Assembly: GCA_951406725.2 (NCBI GenBank)
Contig: OX597821.1
Coordinates: 67,456,001-67,520,000, forward strand
Source: Octopus vulgaris
Lineage: Eukaryota
Direction of reading: 5' to 3'
Length of the DNA stretch: 64,000 bases
The notes beneath the pieces are model-generated. The model saw only the letters and a program-made list of their open reading frames with translations. It had not been told where the DNA came from and ran no database searches. Below, piece after piece: positions 12,265 to 25,704 of this stretch. The position numbers and the translations under genes are program-made. Position 1 is the first letter of the stretch. Every line of letters starts with the position of its first letter.

Positions 12265-15200
12265 TGTATGTCTCTTCTATTTCTTAATTATTATAAATTT
12301 TCTACTGAGGAGGGAGCCGGTTTCCAAGAAAGATACAAGGCTCCATCTTTGGGGTATAGTTAACACAGACAGATTCACTTTTGGAACCTACTAAAAGTCT
12401 TGCATATTTTTATTGTTCCACTCACAGATTGCATTTGTAATGTACGAACCACCCGGTCAGTTTCTCTTTCTGAAAATCCCAGTTTATCCAGATTCTCCTT
12501 TAAGCATTCACTAACAAAACCTAGTGTTCCCATTATCATTTGGTATGAATATGAATTCATAGTCTGAATATAGACGCTAGAGGTTTAGAAGCTAATGTCC
12601 ACAGACATTCTCTTTTTCTTTTATATTCAAAGAGATATTTATATCTGCAGGGCAGCTAACCTCTATGATGCTACATACCTTGTCCCCACTGGCCCAAACA
12701 ACAATATCTGAATAATTATGCTTACATTTGACAGATGTTTTGCTGGGAATATTCCACCAGTATTCCTTGAGTTGGCGTTTATCAATGTATTCCATAACAG
12801 AGGGATTTTATGAGTTTATTTCAGGACAGTCTTTTTTGCGGATGACATTGTAAATTGTTTTAGCAACAACATCGTGTTGCATACGGAGGTAATACCGTGA
12901 CATTTTAGGACAGATGCTAATCACATGTGTAATGCCTTCAACAGAAACATGACATAGCCTACGCATGCCAGTTGCACTTTGGGATTACAAGAGTGTCATT
13001 GTCTTGTTCACCAAGTACTTTGCAGTAATTTCCTGTTCCTTGATGATTGCAAACGCATAGCCTTCAAAGTGTGATATGATGTAGTGGTCTTGTGTCCAAT
13101 TGAGACAACGCTTCATGTCAATTCTACTGTCTTCTTCAAGCTTCCAGGCAACATGCCCAAGCATGGTCTTTATTATTATTTTTTTTTTTTGAATGCTCAG
13201 TGCTTTCCATCCAAGTCTTCTCTGAGGTAAGAGAGCCCAGCTGTTTTGGGTCTGTATAGGAGATCATCAAGATGAGAATGTTTAAGTAGTTCACTGCCAA
13301 CCCGTACAATGTTGCACACTTTTCAGTACTGTATTTATATATTTAATTTTGCTGCTGTTGTTTAGCAGTTGCTGCCTTAGTGATGCCATACGGCATTTGA
13401 AGGCCGTCTGCACTGATCTCTGTAGGTGGCCTCTACCACCTACATTTATTCTTAGGTTTTGATGTACTCTTCATATCAATCAAGTATCCCAAATGTTGGG
13501 ATCAGCACTGGTACTGAAAATGCATTGTAGGATATTGTTTTATTGTAAGAGAGTTCTGACAGCCATATTTTCCTACGACTGGTGTAATATTCTCGGGTCA
13601 ACCTATCATTATTCACAGCGCCTTCATATGATACATTTTCGTCTATGCCAAGGTACTTGTAACATTCTTTGTGTGAAATGGGGGAGATAGAGAGACTGTT
13701 GATACACAGGTTTTGGGTTTGAGGGATTGCCTTTCCTCGTTTTTTAACCAATACGAACATTTCTTTTGACCAATTTCCATTCTTCCCAGTTATTTTCTTG
13801 GCATTGTTTTAACATAAAACTTCAGGTCGTCTACAAAGAAGTTATAAATTACATTGATATTTCTAGCAGTTGGATCTCCTAGCATATAACCATTTGTTTC
13901 CTGCAGTAGAAACGATAATGGATTCAGTGCCAAAATGGAAAGAATTACAGAAAGACTACCCCCCTGGAATATTCCCTTTGTAATGACTATACTATTAGAA
14001 ACAATTATTATGTTCTCAGTTGTAAGGGTAAGAATAGTTGTCCATGCCTTTGTGAGTCTCTATAGCAGCAATTGAGTGAGTAGGTATCTTTGTCAGATGA
14101 AGGCAATTCAACAGCCATGAATGAGATAGAGTCGAATGCCTTCTTATCGTCAAGCCATACTGCCACATGGTTTCTCCGTTATTTTCTTTTTTAAAATAGT
14201 ACAGCTTTGTTTATTAACAGTTCTTCGGCACATCCCCACATTCCCTTCTTTCCACCAGCCTGTTCATCAATCATAAGTTGTTCGATTCACAATGGTCCTG
14301 GAGGAATTGTTTGGGGTAGCTTGTGTACAGTTTGTAAATGATGTTTAGGTGAGCAATGAACCTGTAATTTCCTGCCTTCTCGGTGATTTCATTTTTGGCA
14401 ATAAGATTTGTCCTTGCTGTAGCAAGCCAATTTGGTATATCAGTCTGATCTGCCATAGTCCTTTTGAACATAAATATCAATTGGTTTCTATAAAATGTCA
14501 GCTTCTTGTACCAATATCTAACTATTAGGTCCCGTCCAGGTGCCTTCCGCATTCTGCAGTTTGCCTGCTGCTATAGCGAAGGTTTCTGCATCAATTTTGT
14601 ATGTTTTACTGTTAGTGTTGTTACAGTATTCCCTCTCAGTTGTATTTAACCATGATGCATTCAGGTTGAAATCCCTATTTTCGCTCCAAATTTTTGACCA
14701 GAACGATTGTAGATCTTCTTGGGATGGAGCTTTCTTAATGGTAATATTTCCCTTCCTCACCTCTCTGTATAATGTTTGTTGGTTGGAAGCAAACTTGCGA
14801 TAGATTTTAGCTCGCTCAAAAATTCGCATGCGATTGCGGAGTGTCTCACTCATCGTCCTGAGCTCATGTTTTAAAGTGATTAGCTTTCCCTCAAGAGCTC
14901 GATGTGAAGAGTTTCCATAAAGTTTCATTAATATTGTCTAAGATAGAGTTGATGAGGTGAAAACTCATTTTTCTCCTTGCATTTTATTGTTGTAGTTAAC
15001 CATCCAACATGGCTGTGCGCCTTGTTGATGTTTGCTTCAAGTTATATTTTCCATCAAGGTCGTTTCCGTTTAGTACTTTCGTTACTTTGTTCACTGTAGA
15101 TTTCTTCTAGGTGTTTTTTAAGAGTAATAGCGGATGTGTATATAAGAGTATTAATATTCCAGTAATTACCATCACATGATTCCATGTGATCTCCAGCAAC

Positions 15201-15540
15201 ATCGTTGATAACTTTAAAGATTAGTTCGGTCGGATTTTTTCTCACTCGTGTTGGGAATGGTCTGTTGCTCAACGAAAGCTTCAAGAAAGTAAAAATAATT
15301 TTGGTGAATTGTAATTCTAAATTGTTTTTGATGTATTCCGCAGTCTTCGCTACTGAGTCAGCGAAATTTGGAGACACACTCGAATTTAGCGGTGGCGGGA
15401 GCTAAAGTATTTCGTAGATGTACTAATGAAGCGAAATTTATAAGTCTACCATATATCCGAATTTGCGCTTTTTCTATCAAGAACCAAAACGATAAACTTG
15501 CGATAACGACGGAACAGAACATCGTGTACCATTAAAAGAA
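12265..15540 (-). mobile_element. Long degraded R4/Dong-clade non-LTR retrotransposon (RT, CCHC finger, restriction-like endonuclease)
   Basis: ORF pieces: KAPGRDLI..WYKK..GNYRFIAHLNIIYKLYTS; KGIFQG.SLS; FFVDDLK (~13820-13840); YKYLGIDE; CRLCHVSVEGITHVISIC; DIVVW..IIEVSCPAD..KEK; many frameshifts and stops. Confidence 0.9.
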
Positions 15541-15849
15541 AATATATGCATGTGTGTATGCGTTTGGCGCGTTTGTGTGTATATTATATATATATATATA
15601 TTTTTATATATATAATGAGATAGAGTCGAATGCCTTCTTATCGTCAAGCCATACTGCCACATGGTTTCTCCGTTATTTTCTTTTTTCAAATAGTACAACT
15701 TTGTTTATTAACAAATGAGTAGAAATGAGTAGAAATGAGCTGCGACGTCACTGGTGCCAAGCTGTATCGACCTTTGTCTTTCCCTTGGATAACACTGGTG
15801 GCGTGGAGAGGGGAGGCTGGTATGCATGGGCGACTGCTGATCTTCCATA

Positions 15850-15904
<55 letters not shown>

Positions 15905-15915
15905 ATATATATATA

Positions 15916-15995
<80 letters not shown>

Positions 15996-15998
<3 letters not shown>

Positions 15999-16299
15999 TT
16001 TTTACTCTATTTTACTTGTTTCAGTCATTTGACTGCGACCATGCTGAAGCACCGCTTTTAGGCGAGCGAACCGACCCCAGGATTATTGTTTGTAAAAAGA
16101 AATACGAATGTGTAACATACACCATGCATGGATATCCAGTGTATCGTATGTGATATACAGGATATGCAATGTGTTTAATGTATAAGGGGCCTCAGACAAG
16201 GAAAATTCTCATGGATCCATCGGTATGTTTTGCCGAACCGCTAAGTTATGGGGACGTAAACACACCACCATCAGTCGTATGGGGGACAAACATAGACAC

Positions 16300-16386
<87 letters not shown>

Positions 16387-16832
16387 CGGACCGGGCTGCG
16401 TGTTGTGTTCTTGAGCAAGACACTTTATTTCACGTTGCTCCAGTTCACTCAGCTGTAGAAATGAGTTGCGACGTCACTGGTGCCAAGCTGTATCGACCTT
16501 TGTCTTTCCCTTGGATAACACTGGTGGCGTGGAGAGGGGAGGCTGGTATGCATGGGCGACTGCTGATCTTCCATAAACAACCTTGCCCGGACTTGTGTCT
16601 AGGAGGGTAACTTTCTAGGTGCAATCCCATGGTCATTCATGACCGAAGGGGGTCTTTACCCTTTATATATATACGACGGGCTTCTTTTCAGTTTCCGTCT
16701 ACCAAATTCAATTACAAGGCTTTCGTCGGCCCGAAGCTTTAGTAGAAGACACTTGCTTAAAAATTCCACGCAGTGGGACTGAATCCGGAACCATGTGGTT
16801 GGTAAGCAAGCTTTTTACCACAAAGCCACTCC

Positions 16833-16835
<3 letters not shown>
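15996..16835 (-). mobile_element. SINE family A interrupted by a templated insertion (16094-16217) and a CORE-SINE
   Basis: Tail at 15996-16093, body at 16218-16300, head at 16672-16835. Confidence 0.85.
16389..16662 (+). mobile_element. 5'-truncated CORE-type SINE inserted in the TA tract of a family A SINE
   Basis: tgtgttcttgagcaagacactttatttcac..ccagttcactcagctgtagaaatg CORE-like segment; TA repeats on both sides. Confidence 0.75.
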
Positions 16836-16886
<51 letters not shown>

Positions 16887-16979
16887 CATATTATAGCGAT
16901 ATATGCGAGAACTGATCTAGGGAATCAAGCGGATAGCACGTCCCACGAGACTCTGACCTCGCCTCTAGCACTTTTGGTA

Positions 16980-17250
16980 TGACCGTGTTAGTGAGGGTTA
17001 AGTTTCATCGAAATTATTTTAATTCTCCTTGGATATATGGGTTGAGTGATGCCGTTTCCTTATACTGATAAAAAAAATATACTTTTAATTCTCCAAATTT
17101 ATCAAGAGATGTTGACAAGGGTCTTTCTGGTGCGCTGATGGATATGTCTTTCTAGTTCTTCCGGTGTACTTCTAAGTTTCTTTTTGTTGGCCTAGTTTAT
17201 TGCTTGTAAACAGCTTACATAATCTATATTTAAAAGGCAAACCATTAATA
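16980..17250 (-). pseudogene. Possible highly decayed Penelope GIY-YIG endonuclease relic
   Basis: With a frameshift the minus strand reads CKL...LGQTKRNLEVH..KDI...RPLS; weak resemblance only. Confidence 0.3.
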
Positions 17251-17449
17251 TGCATTTACTAGTTACATACACATCAATCCATCCACCCATTCATCCATCC
17301 ATCTATCCATCCATTCATACATACATACATACATATATGCATATATACATACATACATACATACATACATACATACATACATACATTCATACATACATAC
17401 ATGCATACATACATATATGCATACACACATACATACATAAAATAAGATA

Positions 17450-17615
17450 AATGCGACCTTTTAAAGCATAGCCAGGCTCATGGGCCCGGTTTCCAGTTCC
17501 TATGTGTTCCCCAGCTGAGTGGACTGGAGCATCGTGAAATGAAGTGTTTTGCTCAAGAACACCACGCATCGCCCGTTCCAGGAATCGAAACCACAATCTT
17601 ACGATCATGATACTG
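17450..17615 (-). mobile_element. CORE-type SINE fragment
   Basis: Reverse complement: ggtttcgattcc B box, tgttcttgagcaaaacacttcatttcac, tail ggaaaccgggcccatgagcc shared with 18700-18780. Confidence 0.7.
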
Positions 17616-18371
17616 ACCTGTGCATATGTGTATGTGTTTGTGTGTGATCCATGAGAATTTTCATTGTCTGAGGCCCCTTATACATTAAACACATTGCATA
17701 TCCTGTATATCACATACGATACACTGGATATCCATGCATGGTGTATGTTACACATTCGTATTTCTTTTTTTTTTTTTATTAAGCGTCTGACTAATTTGGG
17801 ACTTATAACAGGAATGCTTTTTATTACTCAGAATATATGAAACAAGTGCTAACTGGACATCTGAAAACAAACATTGGCCTTTAGATGAAAACTGTACACA
17901 TGATATGCCAAGGCAAATAGATAAATATTTGGTTTAACCTAGACACTGATGCACGTTGTTGAACTGCACAATCACTTCATTATGCTTTGTCCTGTCAAAA
18001 TTTTCAGATCGATAATATACGCATCAACAGTATCATTTTTAAACAAGTAAACACTATCACTGAGAGCGTACTAACAAATTTTGCGTTGTCAGACAAATAT
18101 AAGATTTTAATAAATTTATATACGCTTGTAATGAGAAAACGACTCATAAATAATTCAATAGTTATTTATATTAATTAAAAAGCATTTTCGCTGTATTAGA
18201 GTCAAATTCCTTTTCGTATTCCTTGTGTTTCTCCGTAGAATGAATTATCTCCGAATGCAGTTATCCAATAATTGTACGTGCTTCAAATATTCTACTCTGT
18301 ATATATATTTAAAGTTTTAACACTTTTAACATACTCCTTTAACACATGCATATATATATATATGTGTGTGT

Positions 18372-18451
<80 letters not shown>

Positions 18452-18453
18452 GT

Positions 18454-18782
18454 GGTGGAGGCACATGGCCTAGTGGTTAGAGCAGCGGACTCACGGTCGA
18501 GGGATCGCGGGTTCGAATCTCAGACCGGGCGATGTGTGTGTTTATGAGCGAAACACCTAAGCTCCACGCAGCTCCGGCAGAGGGTAATGGCGAACTTCTG
18601 CTGACTCTTTCGCCACAACTTTCACTCATTCTTTCCTCCTGCATCTTGTAGCTCACCTTCGACGGACCGGCGTCCCGTCCAGGTGGGGAACTTATACGCC
18701 AAGGAAACAGGGAAACCGGCCCTATGAGCCAGGAATGGGAAACCGGCTCTATGAGTCAGGCATGGCTCGAGAAGGAACAAAC
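18454..18782 (+). mobile_element. Full-length tRNA-derived SINE
   Basis: A box tggcctagtggtt, B box ggttcgaatc; duplicated gggaaaccggc(c/t)ctatgag in the tail; head and body shared with 37322-37680. Confidence 0.85.
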
Positions 18783-18944
18783 TAGGACCGCGTATAACCC
18801 GTGGTCCTAGCCTTGGATGAATTCTAAAGATAATGTTGAGGTCGTTTGCGAAATGCAGGTGGGGTATATTTTCCACATCGTACAAATGATGTATGGCTCA
18901 CGGCTTCGCTGGAGAGAAGAGAGTTTCAATGCTTTAAAACTATA

Positions 18945-19135
18945 ATAAAATATAAAAAAACGGAGAAAAACGACAAGAAAAAACAACAACGCGAGGACGT
19001 GGTACATGCAAAGTATTAATAAGACGCTCAGAGACAAAAAGACGTTTCGTGCAAAGCTCTTCTTCAGAAACAGGAGACAGAAGAAAGTCCAAAGGAAAAG
19101 GAAGACGGATGAAATAAATCGCCAACAATCCATAT
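18945..19135 (-). mobile_element. Penelope-like 3' terminal fragment with HHR core
   Basis: 19067->19041: CTGAAGA-A-GAGC-TTT-GCAC-GAAA-CG-TC; stem I not supported. Confidence 0.55.
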
Positions 19136-19254
19136 GTAGTTACATTTTGGAATTATATTTATATATATATAATACGTGTATGTGCTTCAAATATTCTATT
19201 CTGTATATGTATTGAAAGTTTGCGCATCTTTCTCCTACAAGTACATAGTGTAAC

Positions 19255-19775
19255 AGGTAATTGGGAGTCTGAGGCACACGACCGTGATGGATGGAGGAAG
19301 ATAGTGCATGATGGTTGTTCAAGTTCTGAGAGGGAGAGAGTGAAGTATGAGAGAATTAGGAGGGGGCTTAGAAGGGGGAACCTGTAGAAAGTGAGAGAGT
19401 GTTCCTTTTTATGTGTGTGGTTTGTGGGCGGAGGTGTTTGAGTTGTGCAGGCCTGGTGAGCCATCAAAATTCTCATAGAAATCGACCCATGATAAACAAT
19501 GATGTGGCTATTAAAATTCATAATAGAAAATGTGCAAAATGTGGAACGGTGTGCCTCTCAGTTGGAGGTCTAAAAAGACATGTCAAGAGAGTGGATATGG
19601 TGGCACCTGTTTCTCCTACCTGCTAGCACAATTGTCTAGTATGTAATAAAAAGTGTAAAAGCTTGGCCGGGCTTAAAAGTCATATAAGGGCATCACATGG
19701 CGACAATCATGAATCATTTCAGTAAGTCTTCTTGGCAATGGCTTTTCTCGTGTGCCGAGGATGCAGCTGCAAGAT
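19255..19775 (+). mobile_element. 5'-truncated RTE-clade LINE 3' end with three C2H2 zinc fingers
   Basis: WESEAHDRDGWRKIVHDG..E.ER, then CVVCGRRCLSCAGLVSHQNSH, CAKCGTVCLSVGGLKRH and CLVCNKKCKSLAGLKSHIRASH; in-frame stops; ends at a (TATG)n tract. Confidence 0.75.
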
Positions 19776-19979
19776 GTGTGTATGTATGTATGTATGTATG
19801 TATGTTTGTATGCATGCATGTTATTGCATACATATTTGTATTCTATATTTTCTATTGGCAGAAAGTTACAAAAGGTACCTCAAGGACTGCGAATTCCATG
19901 AATAGCACTTATCAACCTCCCACTCTAATTCTCATTCACTCCTCCCTTCATATACATGTACATATTTTATGCATCTTGC

Positions 19980-20017
<38 letters not shown>

Positions 20018-20891
20018 CAATGTGTGTATATATGTATATATATATATATATATATATGCACACACACATACACATATGCATATATTTTGATCATACACAC
20101 ACACACACAAAATGTATATACATACACATCGAAGAATCTGCAGAGACATTTGTATTGACTTTGACTTTAGTAAATACTCCCTCGCTCTCTCACCATTATA
20201 CACTTTCTCTCTTTTGCTCAAAATCACCTTCCACCTTTGCTTCCAGTTTGTCTGTCTCTCTCATACTATCTTTATCTCTCTATCTAACTTTCTGTTCATC
20301 TATTTATTTCTGTCTATCTATCTATCTATCTATCTATCAAACTACATCCACCTCCCCGTCTTTCTGAACCGCTTTAAGGTAAACGTGCAATAGAAAGTGA
20401 TCGGCATTTAAAATACTATGAACAATGCGTTGGCATAGTTGTGCTTACAAGCTCTGTAATAAGTCAATATCAGGAATAACTAGTCTCTGAAGTCAAGGTA
20501 AAACAATATACTGACACACTAACCTACACCTATAGAAATTGGAGCACAAGCTTTATTGGTTCTTGCTGTTTTAGTTTCATTTATTTTATATTTTTGTATT
20601 TATTTAGTTTTTGGCGCGTTTTTTTTTTCTCTCTCATTCAGGAAACTTTCTGCTGATATTGTGTTTGTCTTTCGTTTACTTTTCTCGGGATATTCATTAT
20701 TCTACAAGGGAGGTAGGGGGTTCCTGTACGTGGATGCGTACAGTGTATGTGTGTGTGTGTGTGTGTATGTGTGAGTGTATGTTCTTGCTTGTGTGTGCAT
20801 GTTTTATCTATTTATATTATACTAATATGTATACATGTTAATGTTATTGATAAATTTACTGTTGTATATAAATCCTCAGGTCAACACACTG

Positions 20892-20928
<37 letters not shown>

Positions 20929-21067
20929 ATGTGTGTGTATGTATATATGTATATGTACGTCTTCATGCATCTTCATACATATGCATCTTCATACACATAT
21001 ATATATGTATATATATGTATATATATATATATATATATTTATATGTATGTATGTATGTATATGTATA

Positions 21068-21144
<77 letters not shown>

Positions 21145-21147
<3 letters not shown>

Positions 21148-21260
21148 CTGCTCGCTTAGCCAGCGGGGTGGCGTCATTCGAAGGCTAAAACAATGCGAAC
21201 GCATTGTGACCAGCGATGTGTAACAACATCTGATGGTCTGGTCGGTCACGTGATCACGTG

Positions 21261-21262
<2 letters not shown>
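21145..21262 (+). mobile_element. Short repeat fragment (probable retroelement 3' end) inside a (TA)n tract
   Basis: About 118-bp GC-richer island between perfect TA runs. Confidence 0.5.
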
Positions 21263-21311
<49 letters not shown>

Positions 21312-22573
21312 TAAATAGATACATACATACTATTCACATGCATATATCCACACGCATATATATATGTGCGTTTGTGTGTCTGTGTGTGTGTATGTATTCA
21401 TCTATTTATACAGGTGTATATGCTTGCATATGTATATATGTATATCTGCCTGTAATATGATAAAATAATGCAATAATATATTATCGAACTTCATACCAAA
21501 CTCAGCAATATGTTCGTTTAATATTCGATTACTGCATGTATCGATTCGCCTTAAGATTACTACATTTTTCGGTGGAAGATTTGAATGAGAAATAGTATAC
21601 GTTCATGCACTTCTTTTTATGTCTTCAGAGACATACATCACGAACATCAATGGTTTTGAATCCTCATGCAAGCACATTGTCACTACGCATTTCATTTTCA
21701 CTGCACATTTCTTGTATTGACTATCAGAGAAAATATATCTCTCTGCATGAAATTGTGACCAAGCCATCCTGATATCTCATACATCCGTATTAAAGTATTT
21801 ATTCAATTAGAACCTAGCTGTTAGCTGTTTTTGGTGGATGGTGTATTGAGGATCACCATCATGTACATCCCGGCGAGTTCCCTTCCGTTACTTGATGAAC
21901 ATGTCACATTAGATAGTGAATGCATTGAAAGGACACATCAGAGAATACAGTCCAACATAGCCTTCTAATATATGGACGGTCATGGAATGAATACCGTTGA
22001 ACATAGGTCTGCTTGGTCATGAAGGGAATAGAATGGAAGAATAAAAGCATTTGAAACACTTAAATAGTTTCCTCTGGAACAGTGAATTGTATCTTTTTTT
22101 CCAATAGGCTCACTCAACCTACCTGCCACGTCTCTACTCACTATAGTTCATACATTTCCAGTTCTGAAGCTGTAACCATAGCATAAGTTTAAAACCTGTT
22201 ACAATTGTTTCAGCAGTTTATAACTTCAAACAATCCTGCGCTTATATATTTTTGTGTGATAAATTACAGTAGGCTTGTATAAAATATGTTTGAAGTACTG
22301 TGAAACACCACACTCTCAAGACCTGCTGAAACCCTCTTAGTATGCATACACACACAAATACGCACACATAAATATATGTATATATATACATATATATATA
22401 TATATGAGTGTGTGTGTATGCATATGCATATATATATATACATATATGTACATAGCATGTATGCATATATTTTCATGAATATAAATACATATATATGTGC
22501 GTGCTTCTCTGTGTGTGTATGTGTGTGTGGGCAGGGGTGTACCAATAACAATTCAAATCACAAGACTGTATGG

Positions 22574-22726
22574 GTGGCTGTGTGGTAAGTAGCTTGCTTA
22601 CCAAGCACATGGTTCCGGGTTCAGTCCCACTGCGTGGCACATTGGGCAAGTGTCTTCTACTATAGCCTCGGGCCGACCAAAGCCTTGTGAGTGGATTTGG
22701 TAGACGGAAACTGAAAGAAGCCCGCC

Positions 22727-22789
<63 letters not shown>

Positions 22790-23000
22790 GTGTGTGTGTT
22801 TGTGTGTCTATGTTTGTCCCCCCAACATTACTTGACAACCGATGCTGGTCTGTTTACGTTCACGTAACTTAGCGGTTCGGCAAAAGAAATGCTAGAATAA
22901 GTACTAGGCTTACAAAGAATAAATCCTGGGGTCGATTTACTCGACTAAAGGCGGTGCCCCAGCATGACCACAGTCAAATGACTGAAAAAATTAAAAGAGT
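22574..23000 (+). mobile_element. SINE family A
   Basis: gtggctgtgtggtaagtagcttgc...gactgaaaaaattaaaagag. Confidence 0.9.
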
Positions 23001-23051
23001 ATACATATATTTGTAAATTGTATGTGCGTGAATCTGTGTGTGTGTGTGTGT

Positions 23052-23092
<41 letters not shown>

Positions 23093-23284
23093 TGTGTGTG
23101 TGTGTGTACCAATAACAATTCATATCACAAGACTGTATGGCTGAACCCGAAAAACTTTTGTATATATGCGTATATGAGTGTGTTTCTGTTGTAAATGTTT
23201 ATATGTACATTAAAACATATACAGGGTTTGAAAACGAGAAAGAGAGACTGGATGGACAGAGAGTGTAAAAGAAACACAAATTTA

Positions 23285-23550
23285 AAGCTGCAAAGTTATT
23301 AAGTTTCCTCTAACATATTTGTGATACGTAGTGTTGGTCACCATAATGATGCGATGTAACATTTCAGGAAATTGAGCAGATTGGTGATATTTATCATAGA
23401 AATGACAGGCTTTGGCAATTATTACACTCAACATGCCAACTAGCAGTAATGACCGGTTCTTGTATCGCAAACCTGGTTGAATCAGTTTCCCTGACGTGGC
23501 TAAATTTAGCATCAACGAAGAATGGGACTTGCTCAAAAGAAGTATCTCTT
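23285..23550 (+). pseudogene. Possible decayed Helitron PIF1-helicase relic
   Basis: With frameshifts reads ..EQIGD..LVESV(F)PDVAKFSINEEW.LLKRSI, resembling the LLQIG / VFP..WL.ERAIL motifs. Confidence 0.25.
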
Positions 23551-23799
23551 GAGTAATCATGGAGACCATCGTTAAGTATTCTCTTTGACAAACATGTGGG
23601 GCCTAGCTTAATCATGCTGTGCGACTTGTTGTTCAAGCGTCATTTACCATTCCTTGAATAAAGCAATGGCTTGTGTATTGAATGTGCTGAAAAGAAATTG
23701 TGGAAACCCATATTCTATCTATTTATCTGTCTATGCTTATCTAGCTAATGGTACATTATTTTATATCAGTCATTTGCCGAGTCACTAGCTACGGAAATA

Positions 23800-24985
23800 T
23801 TGGAGTTTTCCGAAAAGTTCATGCCGATTTTTAAAGGAAAGAAAAAGGTCAATAAATACTTGTCGTTACATTTTTAATCAACCAAATATGAACCATTTTG
23901 TTGCGCGATACATCTCCATCACTTTCTTTAACTTGAAAATACCCTCTTCCCAGAATTGATGTGGTTTCATGGCAAATAATTCATCAAAGTATCTTTTTAC
24001 GTCATCCAAGGAATTGAAATTTTTACCATTAAGACTATTCCGCAGAGACCTGAATAAGTGAAAATCCGAAGGAGCAATATCTGGTGAATATGGAAGGTGG
24101 GGTGACACATCCCAGCCGAGCTGCAGCAAGGTGTGTCTGGTTCCCAAAGAAACGTGCAGTCTTGCATTATCATGTTGGAAAACAACACCCTTCCTGTTGC
24201 CCAACTCTGGACGTTTCTCTTGAATTGCTTTTTTTAACTCGTCCAGTTGTGTGCAGTATTTCTCAGAATTAATTGTTTGGTTATTTGGAAAAAGCTCAGT
24301 ACAGAATTCCTTTCCAATCCCACCAGACACAAAGCAAGACCCTTTTAGGGTGAAGACCTGCATTTGGGGTGGCTAAGGGTAGCTCATGTCGCTTAGTCCA
24401 GGATCACTTTCTCTGAACATTTCTGTAGATAATCCATTTCTCATCACCTGTCACAATTTGCTTTTAAAAAGGCGCGTTTTAATTCCGTTTATAAAGCGAA
24501 TCACAGATGGAAATGCGATCTAAAAGGTTCTTCTCACTCAACTGATGTGGTACCCAAACATCGTAGCGATTTGTGTACCCAAGCCTTACCAGGTGCTCAT
24601 GAACGACGGATTTTGATAGGTTGAGGCCTTCTGCCAATTCTCGGGTTGTGCAATGTGGGTTATTCTCAATTAATGACTTGATTTGGTCATCATCTGTAGT
24701 GGATGGTCTGCTTGATCGTTCTTTATCAATAAGGCTACAATCTGTAGCTCGAAACTTTGCGAACCACTTCCGTATAGCTCTTTCAGATAAAGAAACATCA
24801 CCGTAAACTGCGCATATTGCTTTGGTTTCTTGTGAAGCATTTTTCCTTTTGTGGAAAAAGAAAAGCATCAAGTGCCGAAAACGAACTTTCTTATCTTCCA
24901 TTTTAAAGGGTTACAGAATTAACAGAGTTTATAGGAACATAAACCTTCTTAATTCTCTAGCACTGTTTTGCAATATTTTGTACGG
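23800..24985 (-). mobile_element. Near full-length mariner (DD34D) transposon with frameshifted transposase; 5' TIR lost at the (TAG)n tract
   Basis: MEDKKVRFRHLMLFFF..WVPHQL; IVTGDEKW; FQHDNAR; YSPDIAPSDFHLF; 3' TIR TA-ttggagttttccgaaaagttcatgccgattttt at 23798. Confidence 0.93.
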
Positions 24986-25011
24986 GATAGAAGAAAAAGA
25001 AGACGAAGGAC

Positions 25012-25186
<175 letters not shown>

Positions 25187-25530
25187 TGAAGCTGCAACAG
25201 CAGCAGTAGTGAGAAAATTGGAGAAGGTAGACTTGGATAGAGAAGTCAGAATTGACATTCTTGATTGTATCTCTATGTATTTGTAGCGTTATACACTTTG
25301 TTTTCATCCTCTAATCTTTTATCTAGCTTTTTCTCTCGATTACTCGCCCTGGGCTCTAGAATTATGAAGTAGTGAGATCGAGTGACTGACAGATTTCCTT
25401 AGACAGAATTTAGGGGGAAAGGTTCTATGATTTTAGTAGCATGTAAAATCCAAAACTTTGCAGCGAAACACGTTTTCAACGAAAGACTTCAGTTATTATT
25501 GCTAAGGCATTTCCACAAAAAAATATGATA

Positions 25531-25704
25531 TTCAATTCGCCTCGAAATTTCCATGTTGCCTAATTCCCTAATAACGATTATTTAGGGGATTTCTATTGGA
25601 TGCATTTCGTAAAGAATACGTTATGCAATTCGCCTCAAGATTTCCAAGGTGTCTAATTCCCTAATAACGATTATTTAGGGGGTTTCCATTGAATGCATAT
25701 TCGG
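25531..25704. repeat. Two-copy direct repeat (~93-bp spacing), each unit with a hairpin
   Basis: caattcgcctc..tttcca..taattccctaataacgattatttagggg..atgcat occurs twice. Confidence 0.8.

Noticed and set aside
18458-18530. tRNA gene (likewise 47277-47349 and 57830-57904)
   Set aside because: A and B boxes are present, but the acceptor stems are poor and the sequence runs into SINE-like bodies.
18782-18810. Hairpin ctaggaccgcg..cgtggtcctag as a Helitron 3' end
   Set aside because: No matching 5' terminus identified.
22195-22340. HHR-like motif on the minus strand (..ctgct-GAAA-CAATTG-TA-ACAGG)
   Set aside because: Nested inverted repeats are visible, but the CUGANGA core and stem I cannot be placed.
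24479-24901. SETMAR-like host gene or active transposase
   Set aside because: Frameshifts and stops, no SET domain, one TIR missing.
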